DNA of 64,000 nt from NCBI GenBank assembly GCA_965277535.1, contig OZ255825.1, positions 900,227 to 964,226 of the forward strand. Reading direction: 5' to 3'. The notes beneath the pieces are model-generated. The model was given only the letters and a program-made list of their open reading frames with translations. It was not told where the DNA came from and ran no database searches. The translations under genes were made by a program, and so were the position numbers. Below, piece after piece: positions 17,863 through 28,228 of the stretch; within the stretch, counting starts at the first letter, position 1; every line of letters starts with the position of its first letter. The stretch comes from Ilyomonas sp. (GTDB lineage Bacteria; Bacteroidota; Bacteroidia; Chitinophagales; Chitinophagaceae).

Positions 17863-18115
17863 ACTTGGATGAAGCCTGCCGTCATTCCGCAAATGCCCTC
17901 AACACGATGCTGCACTTCTACGTTCTGGCGAGGGCTTTGTGCGGAATCTGATGATTAGATTATGAACAAGATTGAATGATGTAAATGCGTTTACAATATA
18001 ACAACCTGTTCAAATTTTGAAGAGCAGATTCCGCACAAAGCCCTCGCTAATCTGATTATAACTTCCGTCATCGTGTTGAGGGCATTTGCGGAATGACGGC
18101 AGGCTTCATCCAAGT
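17863..18115. repeat. 253-bp nested inverted repeat (REP doublet or MITE-like)
   Basis: Perfect 47-bp outer arms (17863-17909 / 18069-18115) and perfect 23-bp inner arms (17928-17950 / 18025-18047). Confidence 0.9.
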
Positions 18116-18275
18116 TGTTCTATAACCGTCAAGCTTTCAAGACAACACTTCATCTTTTACATTCAGAGAAATGCTGTTAGACAAACCAAAAAACGGGCAA
18201 AACCAAACCATCCTAAGCAGCTTTCGTTTTCTTTACAGAAAGAAAAACCGACATTGCAAATTCTATTCATCTTTC

Positions 18276-19178
18276 ATGTGGGACGCATATAAAAAAGGAT
18301 TCAAAGGTTATTTGCAATTGGAGAAATCGCTAAGCGAAAACTCAGTAGAAGCGTACCTGAGAGACATTACCAAACTCACCGATTTTTTACAATTGACCAA
18401 TAATTTAAAAGCACCTCAAACCCTTACGCTGAACGACTTACAGCAGTTCCTGCAATGGATTGGTGAACTCAATATTTTACCTTCTTCACAATCAAGAATC
18501 ATATCGGGCATTCGAAGCTTTTACAAATATTGTTTGATGGAAAATATTGTAACAGCAGATCCTTCTGCGCTTCTCGAATCGCCCAAATTAACCCGAAAAC
18601 TACCCGATGTGTTAAGCTTTGAAGAGATAGAAAAGATTATTGCTGCTATTAATGTTAGCACTCCCGATGGCGCCCGCAACAAAGCCATGCTCGAAGTGAT
18701 GTATAGTTGCGGTTTGCGTGTGAGTGAAGTGATTAACCTGCGCAAAAGCTGGCTGTTTTTAGACATGGGTTTTATCAGGGTAATTGGCAAAGGCGATAAA
18801 GAAAGATTGATCCCCATTGGAAGGGATGCCATCAAATATCTGAACATTTACCGGGAGCAAATCCGCGTGCATCAGAAGATTGCGAAAGAGGCTGAAGACA
18901 TTGTTTTCTTAAATCGTTTTGGCAAGCAGCTATCACGCGTGATGGTATTTTTAATCATTAAAGATTTGGCGAAAAAAGCGGGCATTACCAAAAACATTTC
19001 GCCGCATACGTTTCGTCATTCCTTTGCTACGCATTTGGTGGAAGGGGGCGCAAACCTTCGTGCTGTACAGGAAATGCTGGGACATGAAAGCATTACCACC
19101 ACTGAAATTTATACGCATCTCGATAAGGATTTTTTGCGGAGCACTTTGCATTTGTATCACCCGGCTTTTCAAAAATAA
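18276..19178 (+). CDS. xerD: Site-specific tyrosine recombinase XerD
   Basis: SENSVEAYLRD, RNKAMLEVMYSCGLRVSE, GKGDKERLIP, SPHTFRHSFATHL..GA.LRAVQEMLGH.SITTTEIYTH. Start set at MWDAY. Confidence 0.9.
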   Translation: MWDAYKKGFKGYLQLEKSLSENSVEAYLRDITKLTDFLQLTNNLKAPQTLTLNDLQQFLQWIGELNILPSSQSRIISGIRSFYKYCLMENIVTADPSALLESPKLTRKLPDVLSFEEIEKIIAAINVSTPDGARNKAMLEVMYSCGLRVSEVINLRKSWLFLDMGFIRVIGKGDKERLIPIGRDAIKYLNIYREQIRVHQKIAKEAEDIVFLNRFGKQLSRVMVFLIIKDLAKKAGITKNISPHTFRHSFATHLVEGGANLRAVQEMLGHESITTTEIYTHLDKDFLRSTLHLYHPAFQK

Positions 19179-19187
19179 AAAATATTT

Positions 19188-19259
19188 AAACCGCAGAGAC
19201 GCTAAGACGCGAAGTTTGGTTTTGCCTGTTTTCTTTGCGTCTTAGCGTCTTAGCGGTTT
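19188..19259. repeat. REP-like hairpin, family A, with GGCAAAACCAAA in its loop
   Basis: ACCGCAGAGACGCTAAGACGCGAAG pairs imperfectly with CTTTGCGTCTTAGCGTCTTAGCGGT. May act as a terminator between convergent genes. Confidence 0.8.
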
Positions 19260-19355
19260 TGTACTCTTTTGCTCTTATCCTCTTCCTGCCTCACGCTTTG
19301 AAAGCCTTTGCTGGCAAAGCTTCCAGCGATCTTAAATCATAAATCTAAAATCGAC

Positions 19356-21311
19356 TTACCTGGTCTTTTTCGTCAGATCTTCATCATTTAGTTTTGCCGC
19401 TTTTTCTATCAACTGCACCAACTCTTTCCGATAACCTTCTTTGTCATTATCAAGGGTTTCATTTGCCAGGCTTTTTGCACTTGCATAAGAAGCATTGCCC
19501 TTGTATGCCGAAGCCCGCAACAACATACCAAACTGGGCTACTGCTGTTGCCAGTTTATAATTATCAGAAGTAGCAGTGGCTTCACTATTAACAACGGGAT
19601 GTTGCAAAAGCGCGCTCTTGTTTCCATCCGGTTGTTTGTAGCGCAGTTTGATGTTCATCAGTTCGCTACCAAAATCTCCCACCGAAATGGCTTCTGGCGA
19701 AAGATAACGCAAGGCATCAACGCTGTTTAGCTCATCCCCTTTTACACCAACCGGTATGATTTCGTACAAAGCCGTTACAGTATGGCCGCTGCCTAACTCA
19801 CCGGCGTCTTTCGCATCGTTATTAAAATCTTCTTTTGCCAGCATCCGGTTTTCATAACCAATCAACCGGTAGCCCTGTACTTTGGCAGGATTAAATTCTA
19901 TCTGCAGCTTTACATCTTTGGCAATGGTGAACAAAGTGCCGCCAAATTCATGAACCAACACTTTGTTAGCTTCTCTAATGCCATCAATGTAAGCATGATT
20001 ACCGTTGCCCTTGTCTGCCAGCTTCTGCATTTTTGCATCTTGGTAATTGCCGGTGCCATAACCCAAAACGGTAAAAAACACGCCGCTTTCGCGTTCTTTT
20101 TCTATCAGTCTTTCCAGTGCATCATCACTACTAACACCCACATTAAAATCGCCATCGGTGCATAAAATAATCCGGTTGTTGCCGCCGCTGATAAAGTTTT
20201 GTTTTGCCACTTTATAAGCTAGTTGAATGCCTTCTCCGCCAGCCGTTGAACCACCTGCTTCCAGCCTGTTGATGGCATCTTTAATGGTTCCTTTTTTATC
20301 GCCATTGGTGGAGGGCAAAACCAAACCCGCATTGCCGGCATACGCTACCAAAGAAACTTTATCCTGCGGGCGCAATTGATCGGTTAATAATTTTAATGAC
20401 GATTGCACAAGCGGCAATTTATCTTCCTCGAACATGCTGCCACTCACATCAATTAAAAAAACCAGATTGCTTGCGGGTAAATTTTGGGCAGGAATAATTT
20501 TTCCCTGCAAGCCAATCATTGCCAGTTTGTGTGTTGCATTCCAGGGACAAGCCGCCATTTCTGTGTTGATGCTGAAAGGCGCATCACCAGAGGGCTGCGG
20601 GTATTGATACGTAAAATAATTAATCATCTCCTCTATGCGAACTGCACCGGCAGGCGGCATCTCTCCATCGTTTAAAAACCTGCGGATGTTGCTGTAAGAC
20701 GCGGCATCTACATCAATGGAAAAGGTAGAAAGCGGATTATCGGTTGTTTTCAAAAAAGGATTTTCTTCTATTTTGTCATAGCCTTCTCGGTTGTAATCTG
20801 AATCGGGTTGTGATTGATAGATTTTTTTATTAAAATCTTCTTCTGCCTTACGCTTCGATTGATTGTTTATAGAAAGACCGGAAACGCGTCCGGCTAATGC
20901 TCGTGATGAGAACATTGGTGCAGGAGCAAGTTCTACATCAGCCATGATGGTAGGTGGCGTAAATTTTTCTTTCTTTTTTACGCCATAACCCATTGCCACC
21001 ACTTCATTCAATTGTGCTGAATTTGCTTTTAAAGCGATGGTTAGCGTGTCGTTGCTTGTTAATTTATATTCTTTTGCTTGATAACCCACAGCAGAAACAA
21101 CAAGCGTAGCTTTATTAGTTGTAACAGTAATTACAAAATCGCCGTTGCTGTCTGATGAAGTTCCTTCTTTTGTGCCTTTGATGATAATGCTTGCACCTGT
21201 AATTGGCCGGTTTTTCTCATCTTCAATCTTTCCCCTGATGGTTCTCTTTTGTGTTGGAATAAAGGAAAGTATAAGCAGGCAAATGCCACTGAAAAAGAAT
21301 AAGCTTTTCAT
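19356..21311 (-). CDS. YfbK-like vWA-domain protein with N-terminal carboxypeptidase-regulatory-like domain
   Basis: PLSTFSIDVDAASY, VRIEEMINYF, NLVFLIDVSGSM (MIDAS), TDGDFNVG, ELGSGHTVTALYEI. Start set at MKSLFF. Confidence 0.85.
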   Translation of the reverse strand: MKSLFFFSGICLLILSFIPTQKRTIRGKIEDEKNRPITGASIIIKGTKEGTSSDSNGDFVITVTTNKATLVVSAVGYQAKEYKLTSNDTLTIALKANSAQLNEVVAMGYGVKKKEKFTPPTIMADVELAPAPMFSSRALAGRVSGLSINNQSKRKAEEDFNKKIYQSQPDSDYNREGYDKIEENPFLKTTDNPLSTFSIDVDAASYSNIRRFLNDGEMPPAGAVRIEEMINYFTYQYPQPSGDAPFSINTEMAACPWNATHKLAMIGLQGKIIPAQNLPASNLVFLIDVSGSMFEEDKLPLVQSSLKLLTDQLRPQDKVSLVAYAGNAGLVLPSTNGDKKGTIKDAINRLEAGGSTAGGEGIQLAYKVAKQNFISGGNNRIILCTDGDFNVGVSSDDALERLIEKERESGVFFTVLGYGTGNYQDAKMQKLADKGNGNHAYIDGIREANKVLVHEFGGTLFTIAKDVKLQIEFNPAKVQGYRLIGYENRMLAKEDFNNDAKDAGELGSGHTVTALYEIIPVGVKGDELNSVDALRYLSPEAISVGDFGSELMNIKLRYKQPDGNKSALLQHPVVNSEATATSDNYKLATAVAQFGMLLRASAYKGNASYASAKSLANETLDNDKEGYRKELVQLIEKAAKLNDEDLTKKTR

Positions 21312-21498
21312 TTGAAATGATTTTAAAAGTGAACAATTGCAGGCCTGCTTTCTAACAGATGCAACTTTGAAAAGCATTACACAAAGAGGAAGAAAAAAAA
21401 ATTTTGCTTCTAAATCGATTCACCCGTTCGGTTTTGCCTATATTTTAGACAAATCCATTGGCATTAACTTGGCAATACGTTACGAAAAAAGGCTCACA

Positions 21499-21963
21499 GT
21501 GTTTCAATTCATTGCTGATGTTCATCTTGGGAAATTAGCGCGGTACCTGCGTTTGCTGGGTTTCGATGTGTTGTATAGCAATACTTATCAACCTGAGGAG
21601 ATGATTGATATTGCTGCAAAACAAAACAGGGTTTTACTATCAAAAAATGCTCTGCTCCAGAAGCAACATCCTGACCTTTCTTTTTGTGTCGTTCAACACA
21701 GCGATCCAGTGGAACAACTGCAACAGGTTATTAAACAGTTTGATTTGCTTCGTCAAGTTCAACCTTTTACCCGCTGTCTAATTTGCAATGGAATGCTCGT
21801 ATCGGTTTTAAAAGAAGACATCCTTTTGTTTTTGCCCGAAAACACGGCAAAATATTATGATGAGTTTTGGCAATGCGCGCAATGCAGCCGCATTTATTGG
21901 AAAGGTGCACATTACAACCGGATGATAAAATGGTTGCATCGTTTAGAGGAAATAATAAAGTAA
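21499..21963 (+). CDS. Mut7-C RNase (PIN-like) domain protein
   Basis: FIADVHLGKLARYLRLLGFD, PFTRCLICNG, CAQCSRIYWKGAHY. GTG start at 21499 assumed. Confidence 0.85.
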   Translation: MFQFIADVHLGKLARYLRLLGFDVLYSNTYQPEEMIDIAAKQNRVLLSKNALLQKQHPDLSFCVVQHSDPVEQLQQVIKQFDLLRQVQPFTRCLICNGMLVSVLKEDILLFLPENTAKYYDEFWQCAQCSRIYWKGAHYNRMIKWLHRLEEIIK

Positions 21964-22063
21964 ATTCATTGACTAAAAAGCGTGCTGAATGATTTACATG
22001 TATATAAAACAACGGTTGTACATTCACAATGAAAAATAAGTGCAAAACCAAACTTAACAACAC

Positions 22064-22570
22064 ATGCAAATTGCCGAATTGTTGCTTCTTGAACTACAAC
22101 AAGAATCTGCCAACACAAGAAAAATGATTGAGCGCGTACCAACCGACAAACTCGAATGGCAACCTCACGAAAAGTCAATGACCATCGGGCGTTTGGCAAC
22201 TCACATTGCCGAGATTCCGGTTTGGTTTAGAAGAGCCATTTCTGCGCATGAATTTGATTTTGTCCTATCTGCTGTCAAACCGCAAAAAAGAGAAACAACC
22301 GCTGAGATTGTTGATGTGTTTGACAAACAAATGGAAGAAGCAGTAAGCATTCTAAAAACCGCAGATGACGAAACGATGAACGCCATTTTTACACTCCGGC
22401 GCGGCGACCAAATCATGTTTCAACTTCCGCGCAAAGTGGTTGTACGCACATTTGCATTGAACCACTTGTATCATCATCGCGGACAATTATCGGTGTATCT
22501 CCGCTTGTTGGATATACCTATTCCCGGCATGTACGGCCCATCGGCTGATGAAAAAAAGATGATGGCATAA
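22064..22570 (+). CDS. DinB-family protein
   Basis: WQPHEKSMTIGRLATHIAE and NHLYHHRGQLSVYLRL. Confidence 0.88.
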   Translation: MQIAELLLLELQQESANTRKMIERVPTDKLEWQPHEKSMTIGRLATHIAEIPVWFRRAISAHEFDFVLSAVKPQKRETTAEIVDVFDKQMEEAVSILKTADDETMNAIFTLRRGDQIMFQLPRKVVVRTFALNHLYHHRGQLSVYLRLLDIPIPGMYGPSADEKKMMA

Positions 22571-22608
22571 AAACAAACATTGGCTTTGTTTTCGCCAATT
22601 ATTTCTGC

Positions 22609-23355
22609 ATGACTATTTCGCTTCATCAAACAGAAACCTACGCACCAAAAGGCTTTACTAAAGCGGCTATAAAAAAGAAAACGAAAGCTCTGATCAAAAA
22701 GCTGGATGAACTTCAAAACTTATTATATGCTGAAAAGAAACATTCGCTGCTGATTATTTTGCAAGGCATGGATTGCTCGGGTAAAGATGGCGTGTTGCGC
22801 AATGTGTTCAATCATTTCAACCCAAGAAATATTAAAGTACATTCCTTTACCGTGCCTACCGAAGAAGAAGCCGCACACGACTTTTTATGGCGTGCCCACA
22901 AGCATACGCCCGCAAAAGGCATGGTGCAAATTTTTAATCGCTCGTATTACGATGATGTGATAGAAACGCGTGTGCACAAGCAATGTAGCGATGAGGAGGC
23001 GGAGCAACGCATGAATGCCATTAACAATTTTGAGCGCCTTTTGAAAGAACATAATAACACAACCATTCTCAAATTTTATTTGCATGTTTCCGAACAGCAA
23101 CAGGAAAAGCGAATGCAGGAACGTGTGGATATTCCAGCCAAGCACTGGAAGTTTGATGCAGCGGATTATAAAGAAATTGCGCTGCACGACGAGTACATTA
23201 AAATGCACGAAGATGTATTTCTTCATTGCAATAAAATACCGTGGACCATTGTACCAGCCGACAACAATTGGTATAAAGAATACATCATTGCTAAAACAGT
23301 AGTTGAAACCCTGGAAGGCTTTGATATGAAATACCCACCGTTGCGCGATTACTGA
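22609..23355 (+). CDS. ppk2: Polyphosphate kinase 2 family (class III-like)
   Basis: LQGMDCSGKDG Walker A, HDFLWR, FNRSYY, KFYLHVS, PWTIVPADNNWY. Confidence 0.88.
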   Translation: MTISLHQTETYAPKGFTKAAIKKKTKALIKKLDELQNLLYAEKKHSLLIILQGMDCSGKDGVLRNVFNHFNPRNIKVHSFTVPTEEEAAHDFLWRAHKHTPAKGMVQIFNRSYYDDVIETRVHKQCSDEEAEQRMNAINNFERLLKEHNNTTILKFYLHVSEQQQEKRMQERVDIPAKHWKFDAADYKEIALHDEYIKMHEDVFLHCNKIPWTIVPADNNWYKEYIIAKTVVETLEGFDMKYPPLRDY

Positions 23356-23389
23356 AATTGCGGCAAAACCAAACGTATCGTTTTTGTAA

Positions 23390-25753
23390 TTACTCCATTC
23401 GCAAGCTCTTCACCGGGTTTGCTATTGCGGCTTTGATTGCCTGTAAGCTGACCGTTGCAAGTGCAATAAAGCTCGCAATCAACCCGGCAATAAGAAATAT
23501 CCACCAGTTAATTTGAACACGATACTCAAAATCTAGCAGCCAGTTGTTCATTATCCACCAGGCAAGCGGAAATGCAATAACACATGAAATAAGAACAAGC
23601 TTTATAAAATCTTTTGAAAGCAGGCTGGCAAGCCCGCTTGTGGTTGCACCTAACACCTTCCTGATACCAATTTCTTTTGTTCTTCTTTCAGCAGTGTATG
23701 CTGATAAGCCGAACAAACCAAGACACGAAATAACAATAGCAAGTACAGAAAATACACCGGCTAACTTACCAATAAGTGATTCTGTTTTGAACAACTGGTT
23801 AAATTGCTCATCAACAAAATTGAATTCAACAGGGTAACCGGGATTATCTGTTTTTACTACAGATTCAACTTTTGCAAGTGCAGTTTTTACATCCGCATTT
23901 TGCTTAAGGCGAACTGTTAATACATTTACATTGGAAGTATCTGCAAATAAAATGAGAGGTGCTGCAGGTGCATACATTGAGTTGTACACAAAATCGTGTA
24001 CTACGCCTACGATAATATATTTATCAGCACCTTCATTTCTTGTTACAACGCTGCCAACAACATCTTTTTTTCCTAACAACTTTGCCAGCGATTCATTAAT
24101 AATTACGTTGTTACTATCTGATTTTACATCAGCATAAAAATCTCTGCCGCTTTTTATATGCATGCCTATTGTAGAAATATATTCTGGGCTTACGCTTTCC
24201 AGTGTAATCAATACCTGTTTATTCGGGTCTTTACCCGGCCAATTAAAATCACCGGTATTACTTCCTAATTGTAAAACCTGGTTATTACTTAAGCTTGCAG
24301 TTTGTACAACATTAGTTCTAATCAAATCATTCTTTATTATAGTAAAGTTGTCTTTCATTTTACCGGTAAGGCCTGTATAAAGAAGTCCTTGTTTATTGTA
24401 ACCCAGATCACGGTTTTTTACATGCTGTATCTGCTGGTAAATAATAATGGTGCAAATAATAAGTGTAACTGAAATGGTGAACTGTAGAACAACTAATCCT
24501 TTTCTTATGAAACCTGCGCTGCCAGTTTTTAATTTTAACCCTTTTAAAACTGTTATAGGGTTGAATGAAGAAAGATAAAACGCCGGGTAGCTGCCTGCAA
24601 TAAGGCCACCTAATAAAGTAATAAGTAACAAGCCTCCAAAGTGTTTTGGATTTATAATATCAAGCACCAATTCTTTTTCAACAAGATTATTAAAAGCCGG
24701 CAAAGAAAGATACACAATAATAACAGCAAGCAATGTTGCAATAAACGACATACCTAAAGCCTCAGTAATAAACTGAAGAATTAATTTTGATTTTGCAGCA
24801 CCCAAAACTTTTCTTACGCCCACTTCTCTTGCACGCTGTTCTGATCGTGCGGTGGCAAGATTCATGAAATTTATACATGCAATAATTAAAATAATCCAAG
24901 CAATCAAACTAAAGAGATTTACATATTTTAACCTGCCTTCTTTTTCTTTTCCGTTCGTATCAAAATTGTTGTAAAGGCGCCAGCGGCTCATTGGATAGAT
25001 TGACATTTTTGCAGTGGTTTCCGGCCGCTTTGTTTGTATATAGCCGTATAATTTTTTATTCATGTCATCAATGTTTGCGTTCGGCTCGGCTTCCACATAA
25101 GTTATTACGCCGTTGCTGCCCCATTCTTTAAGCCAGGTATTATCATTACTATAAATTTGAAACGGTGCCAGCCAGTTAAATTTAAACGAAACATTTTTCG
25201 GCAGATCTTTTATAACAGCACTAATTACATAATCCTGTTTATTATTAACCTTTAATGTTTTCCCGATAACATTTGTATTACCAAAAAATTTTTGAGCCAT
25301 TGTTTCAGTTACTACAAGCGAATACAATTGAGAAAACGCAGTAGCAGCGTTTCCCTTTACAAACTGAAGTTGAAACATTGATAAAAATGCTGGATCAACA
25401 TAATTTCCCCGGTCGTAAATTGTTTTATCACCAACAGAAAACAACAATTGATTTCCCCATGTACACCGTGCTGTATTTTTTATGCCCGGAATTTCCACCT
25501 TCATTGATTGAGCCATAGGACCGGGTGTGGCGTCAAAAGTAAATGTGGTACCATCATAGGTTTGCTGGTCTTTTACGTTGTATAAATTATTGCGGTTAGA
25601 GAAATAATGATTATACGTTAACTCATCTTCAACCCATAAAAAAATTAATGCAGCGCATGCTATACCCACGGCTAAACCAAAAATGTTTAAAAAGCTATAG
25701 GTTTTATTTTTCCATAGGTTGCGCAAAGTGGTTTTTAAATAATTCTTTATCAT
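23390..25753 (-). CDS. MacB/FtsX-like ABC permease, copy 7 of the array (787 aa)
   Basis: MIKNY start, INFMNLATARSEQRAREVGVRK, AERRTKEIGIRK, ANPVKSLRME end. Confidence 0.92.
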   Translation of the reverse strand: MIKNYLKTTLRNLWKNKTYSFLNIFGLAVGIACAALIFLWVEDELTYNHYFSNRNNLYNVKDQQTYDGTTFTFDATPGPMAQSMKVEIPGIKNTARCTWGNQLLFSVGDKTIYDRGNYVDPAFLSMFQLQFVKGNAATAFSQLYSLVVTETMAQKFFGNTNVIGKTLKVNNKQDYVISAVIKDLPKNVSFKFNWLAPFQIYSNDNTWLKEWGSNGVITYVEAEPNANIDDMNKKLYGYIQTKRPETTAKMSIYPMSRWRLYNNFDTNGKEKEGRLKYVNLFSLIAWIILIIACINFMNLATARSEQRAREVGVRKVLGAAKSKLILQFITEALGMSFIATLLAVIIVYLSLPAFNNLVEKELVLDIINPKHFGGLLLITLLGGLIAGSYPAFYLSSFNPITVLKGLKLKTGSAGFIRKGLVVLQFTISVTLIICTIIIYQQIQHVKNRDLGYNKQGLLYTGLTGKMKDNFTIIKNDLIRTNVVQTASLSNNQVLQLGSNTGDFNWPGKDPNKQVLITLESVSPEYISTIGMHIKSGRDFYADVKSDSNNVIINESLAKLLGKKDVVGSVVTRNEGADKYIIVGVVHDFVYNSMYAPAAPLILFADTSNVNVLTVRLKQNADVKTALAKVESVVKTDNPGYPVEFNFVDEQFNQLFKTESLIGKLAGVFSVLAIVISCLGLFGLSAYTAERRTKEIGIRKVLGATTSGLASLLSKDFIKLVLISCVIAFPLAWWIMNNWLLDFEYRVQINWWIFLIAGLIASFIALATVSLQAIKAAIANPVKSLRME

Positions 25754-25766
25754 GATTTTTGTTTGA

Positions 25767-25800
25767 CTAATTGGCTATCGGCCATTAGTTGTTAGCTATT
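25767..25800. repeat. Degenerate 7-bp tandem repeat between permeases
   Basis: CTAATTG GCTATCG GCCATTA GTTGTTA GCTATT. Confidence 0.4.
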
Positions 25801-28143
25801 TTATTCTGTTCTCAAGTTCTTCACCGGGTTCGCTATTGCTGCTTTAATTCCGTTATAACTAACCGTAACAACAGAAATTACAATCACTGTAAATGCGGCA
25901 AAAACAAACATCCACGCCGATAAGTGAATGTGATAATCCATTTGCTCCAATAGTTTTTGTAAAATGAAACCTGCAATGGGTGTTGCGATAGCAAAAGCAA
26001 TCAACACCGGCTTTAAAAAATCTTTTGATAAGACAAACCATATACTCCCAGCACTGGCGCCAAGAATTTTCCGGACACTAATCTCTTTGCCACGACGCTC
26101 AGCAAGAAAAGCAGATAACCCAAACAAGCCAAGACAGGAAATAAAAATAGCCATGCCGCCAAACGCATCTGCCATTTGCTTTAATGAATCGAACTCTTTA
26201 AAGTTTTTCTGGTATTCTTCTTTTGTAAACGTAAACTCAAAAGGAAAATCGGGGTTGGTTTTTTTTACCAATTGCTCAATTTGAGAGATACAATTTCTCC
26301 AGTTGTTATTATTAGCAATCCGCACGAAAAAATGGTTCATATTGCCCTTGTTCAGGAAAACAATCATGGGTTGGGGAGATGAGAAAGGATGGTTGTAAAC
26401 AAAATCTTTTACCACACCAATTACCGTATTGTTGCCCAGCTTAGTTCCGGCAATGGGTTCCTTTAGTTTCATCCTTTTTGCCGCGGCTTCATTAATGAGG
26501 CAAGCCGACGTATCGGTGCCAAAAGCAGGATTAAAATCGCGCCCTTCTGCCAACTGAAAACCGGCTGTTTTTGTCCAGTCGTATTGCACATTTGTAGCCG
26601 TGATATAGAAATCCTGATCGGGGGTTTTACCTGGCCAATCAAGTCCGTTAAAAGCTCCACCAAAACGCACGAGATTATCGGTGCCTGCCGACACGCTGAC
26701 TACGCCCGGAATATGCTCTAATCCATTTTTTACAACATTGTATTCACCACCAAGATTGCCGTTGGCAGAAATGTCTATTAAATTATCGGCATTGTAGCCT
26801 ATGGGTCTTTGTTCGAGATAATCTATTTGCCTTGCAATAACAATGGTTGCGATGATGAGAAAGATAGAAATAATAAACTGGAACGTTACCAAAGCTCTTC
26901 GTAAAACACCACTGCTTTTGTTGTTGCCGGTTGAGTTTTTCAGTACCAGTGCAGGATTAAAATGGCTTAAATAAAAGGCAGGATAGCTGCCCGCCACCAG
27001 GCCCGTAACCAGCCACAACCCCAGCAGCAACAATATTACATGCCAATTGGTATAATCAGGCGTGAAATAATTACCGGAAAGGCGCATAAAGAGGGGCAAG
27101 GCAACATTGGCAAGCACAATACCCAACAACAGAGCAATGAACGACAACAACATAGCTTCGCCAATAAATTGAATAATGATTCGCCTGCGTGACGCGCCCA
27201 GCACTTTGCGAACGCCTACTTCCTGGGCGCGTTGCTCGGAGCGGGCTGTGGCAAGATTCATAAAATTGATACAACCAATAAGCAGAACAAAACCGGCAAT
27301 GACACTTAACAGCATGATAATGTTTATAATGCCGCCGTTTGGTTTTCCATTTTTGAACTGGTCGTGTAATCTCAAGTCGGCAAACGGATACGCAAACAGC
27401 TCAATATTTTTTTCATTCTGCTTGCTGAGGAATAAAGCTTTCAACTTATTGTTTACTGTTGCCAAGTTTGTTTTTGGCCCAAATTGCACCCAGGTTTGAA
27501 TCCTGTTGTCGTCCCATTTTTTCAGCCAGTCATTTTTACTTTCATAAAGAGAAAACGGAATGGCGATGTCAAACTTGTTGGTACTGTTCTGCGGTACATC
27601 GCGAATAACAGCCATAATTTTTAGCGCATCTGTATTGTTCAACAGCAATGCTTTTCCAACAACCTTATCTGTATTAAATATTCTTTTTGCCGTGCTTTGC
27701 GTAATAACGATAGAATTGGGTTGCGTAAGTGCATTTACCGGATTTCCCTCTAAAGCAGGGAACGACATGATGTTGAAGAAGTCGGCATCTGTATAAATAT
27801 CGTTTGTATAAAACGTTTTACTACCGTCGCGCACGAGATCGCTTTCCTGACTTGTACGCGCTGCATATTTTACTTCGGGTAGTTCTCTTTTCACACTAGT
27901 TGCCAATGGACCAGGCGTGGCTCTACCCGTTACAATATCGCCATTCATGTTCTGGTTCTTCATTAACAAGTAAGTATCTGCCAGGTTGCTATGAAATTCA
28001 TCATAACTGAATTCGTTTACAATAACCAACAAAATAACAATACCTGTAGCCAGCCCCACTGCCAATCCGCCAATATTTATGAATGAAGAAACCTTGTTTT
28101 TGAACAGATTCCTAAAAGCGATTCTAAAATAATTTTTAAACAT
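25801..28143 (-). CDS. MacB/FtsX-like ABC permease, copy 6 (780 aa)
   Basis: Same two FtsX motifs. Ends ANPVKNLRTE. Confidence 0.92.
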   Translation of the reverse strand: MFKNYFRIAFRNLFKNKVSSFINIGGLAVGLATGIVILLVIVNEFSYDEFHSNLADTYLLMKNQNMNGDIVTGRATPGPLATSVKRELPEVKYAARTSQESDLVRDGSKTFYTNDIYTDADFFNIMSFPALEGNPVNALTQPNSIVITQSTAKRIFNTDKVVGKALLLNNTDALKIMAVIRDVPQNSTNKFDIAIPFSLYESKNDWLKKWDDNRIQTWVQFGPKTNLATVNNKLKALFLSKQNEKNIELFAYPFADLRLHDQFKNGKPNGGIINIIMLLSVIAGFVLLIGCINFMNLATARSEQRAQEVGVRKVLGASRRRIIIQFIGEAMLLSFIALLLGIVLANVALPLFMRLSGNYFTPDYTNWHVILLLLGLWLVTGLVAGSYPAFYLSHFNPALVLKNSTGNNKSSGVLRRALVTFQFIISIFLIIATIVIARQIDYLEQRPIGYNADNLIDISANGNLGGEYNVVKNGLEHIPGVVSVSAGTDNLVRFGGAFNGLDWPGKTPDQDFYITATNVQYDWTKTAGFQLAEGRDFNPAFGTDTSACLINEAAAKRMKLKEPIAGTKLGNNTVIGVVKDFVYNHPFSSPQPMIVFLNKGNMNHFFVRIANNNNWRNCISQIEQLVKKTNPDFPFEFTFTKEEYQKNFKEFDSLKQMADAFGGMAIFISCLGLFGLSAFLAERRGKEISVRKILGASAGSIWFVLSKDFLKPVLIAFAIATPIAGFILQKLLEQMDYHIHLSAWMFVFAAFTVIVISVVTVSYNGIKAAIANPVKNLRTE

Positions 28144-28191
28144 AAGATTTCTGTTTTAAGATTGCTGCTTTATCGTTTGTGAATGTATCGT

Positions 28192-28228
28192 TCCCTTCTC
28201 CACTTGTGGAGAAGGGTTAGGGATGAGG
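28192..28228. repeat. REP-like palindrome, family D
   Basis: CCCTTCTCCA-CTTG-TGGAGAAGGG then TTAGGGATGAGG, abutting the stop of copy 5. Homolog at 30665. Confidence 0.8.

Noticed and set aside
17659-18292. Two ORFs both starting MRNDGRLHPS (17659-17892 minus, 18086-18292 plus)
   Set aside because: The identity comes from the two arms of the inverted repeat. No coding support.
10845-19178. Prophage or integrative element suggested by ERF plus a tyrosine recombinase
   Set aside because: The recombinase looks like housekeeping XerD, the genes between are cellular, and no att repeats or phage genes were seen.
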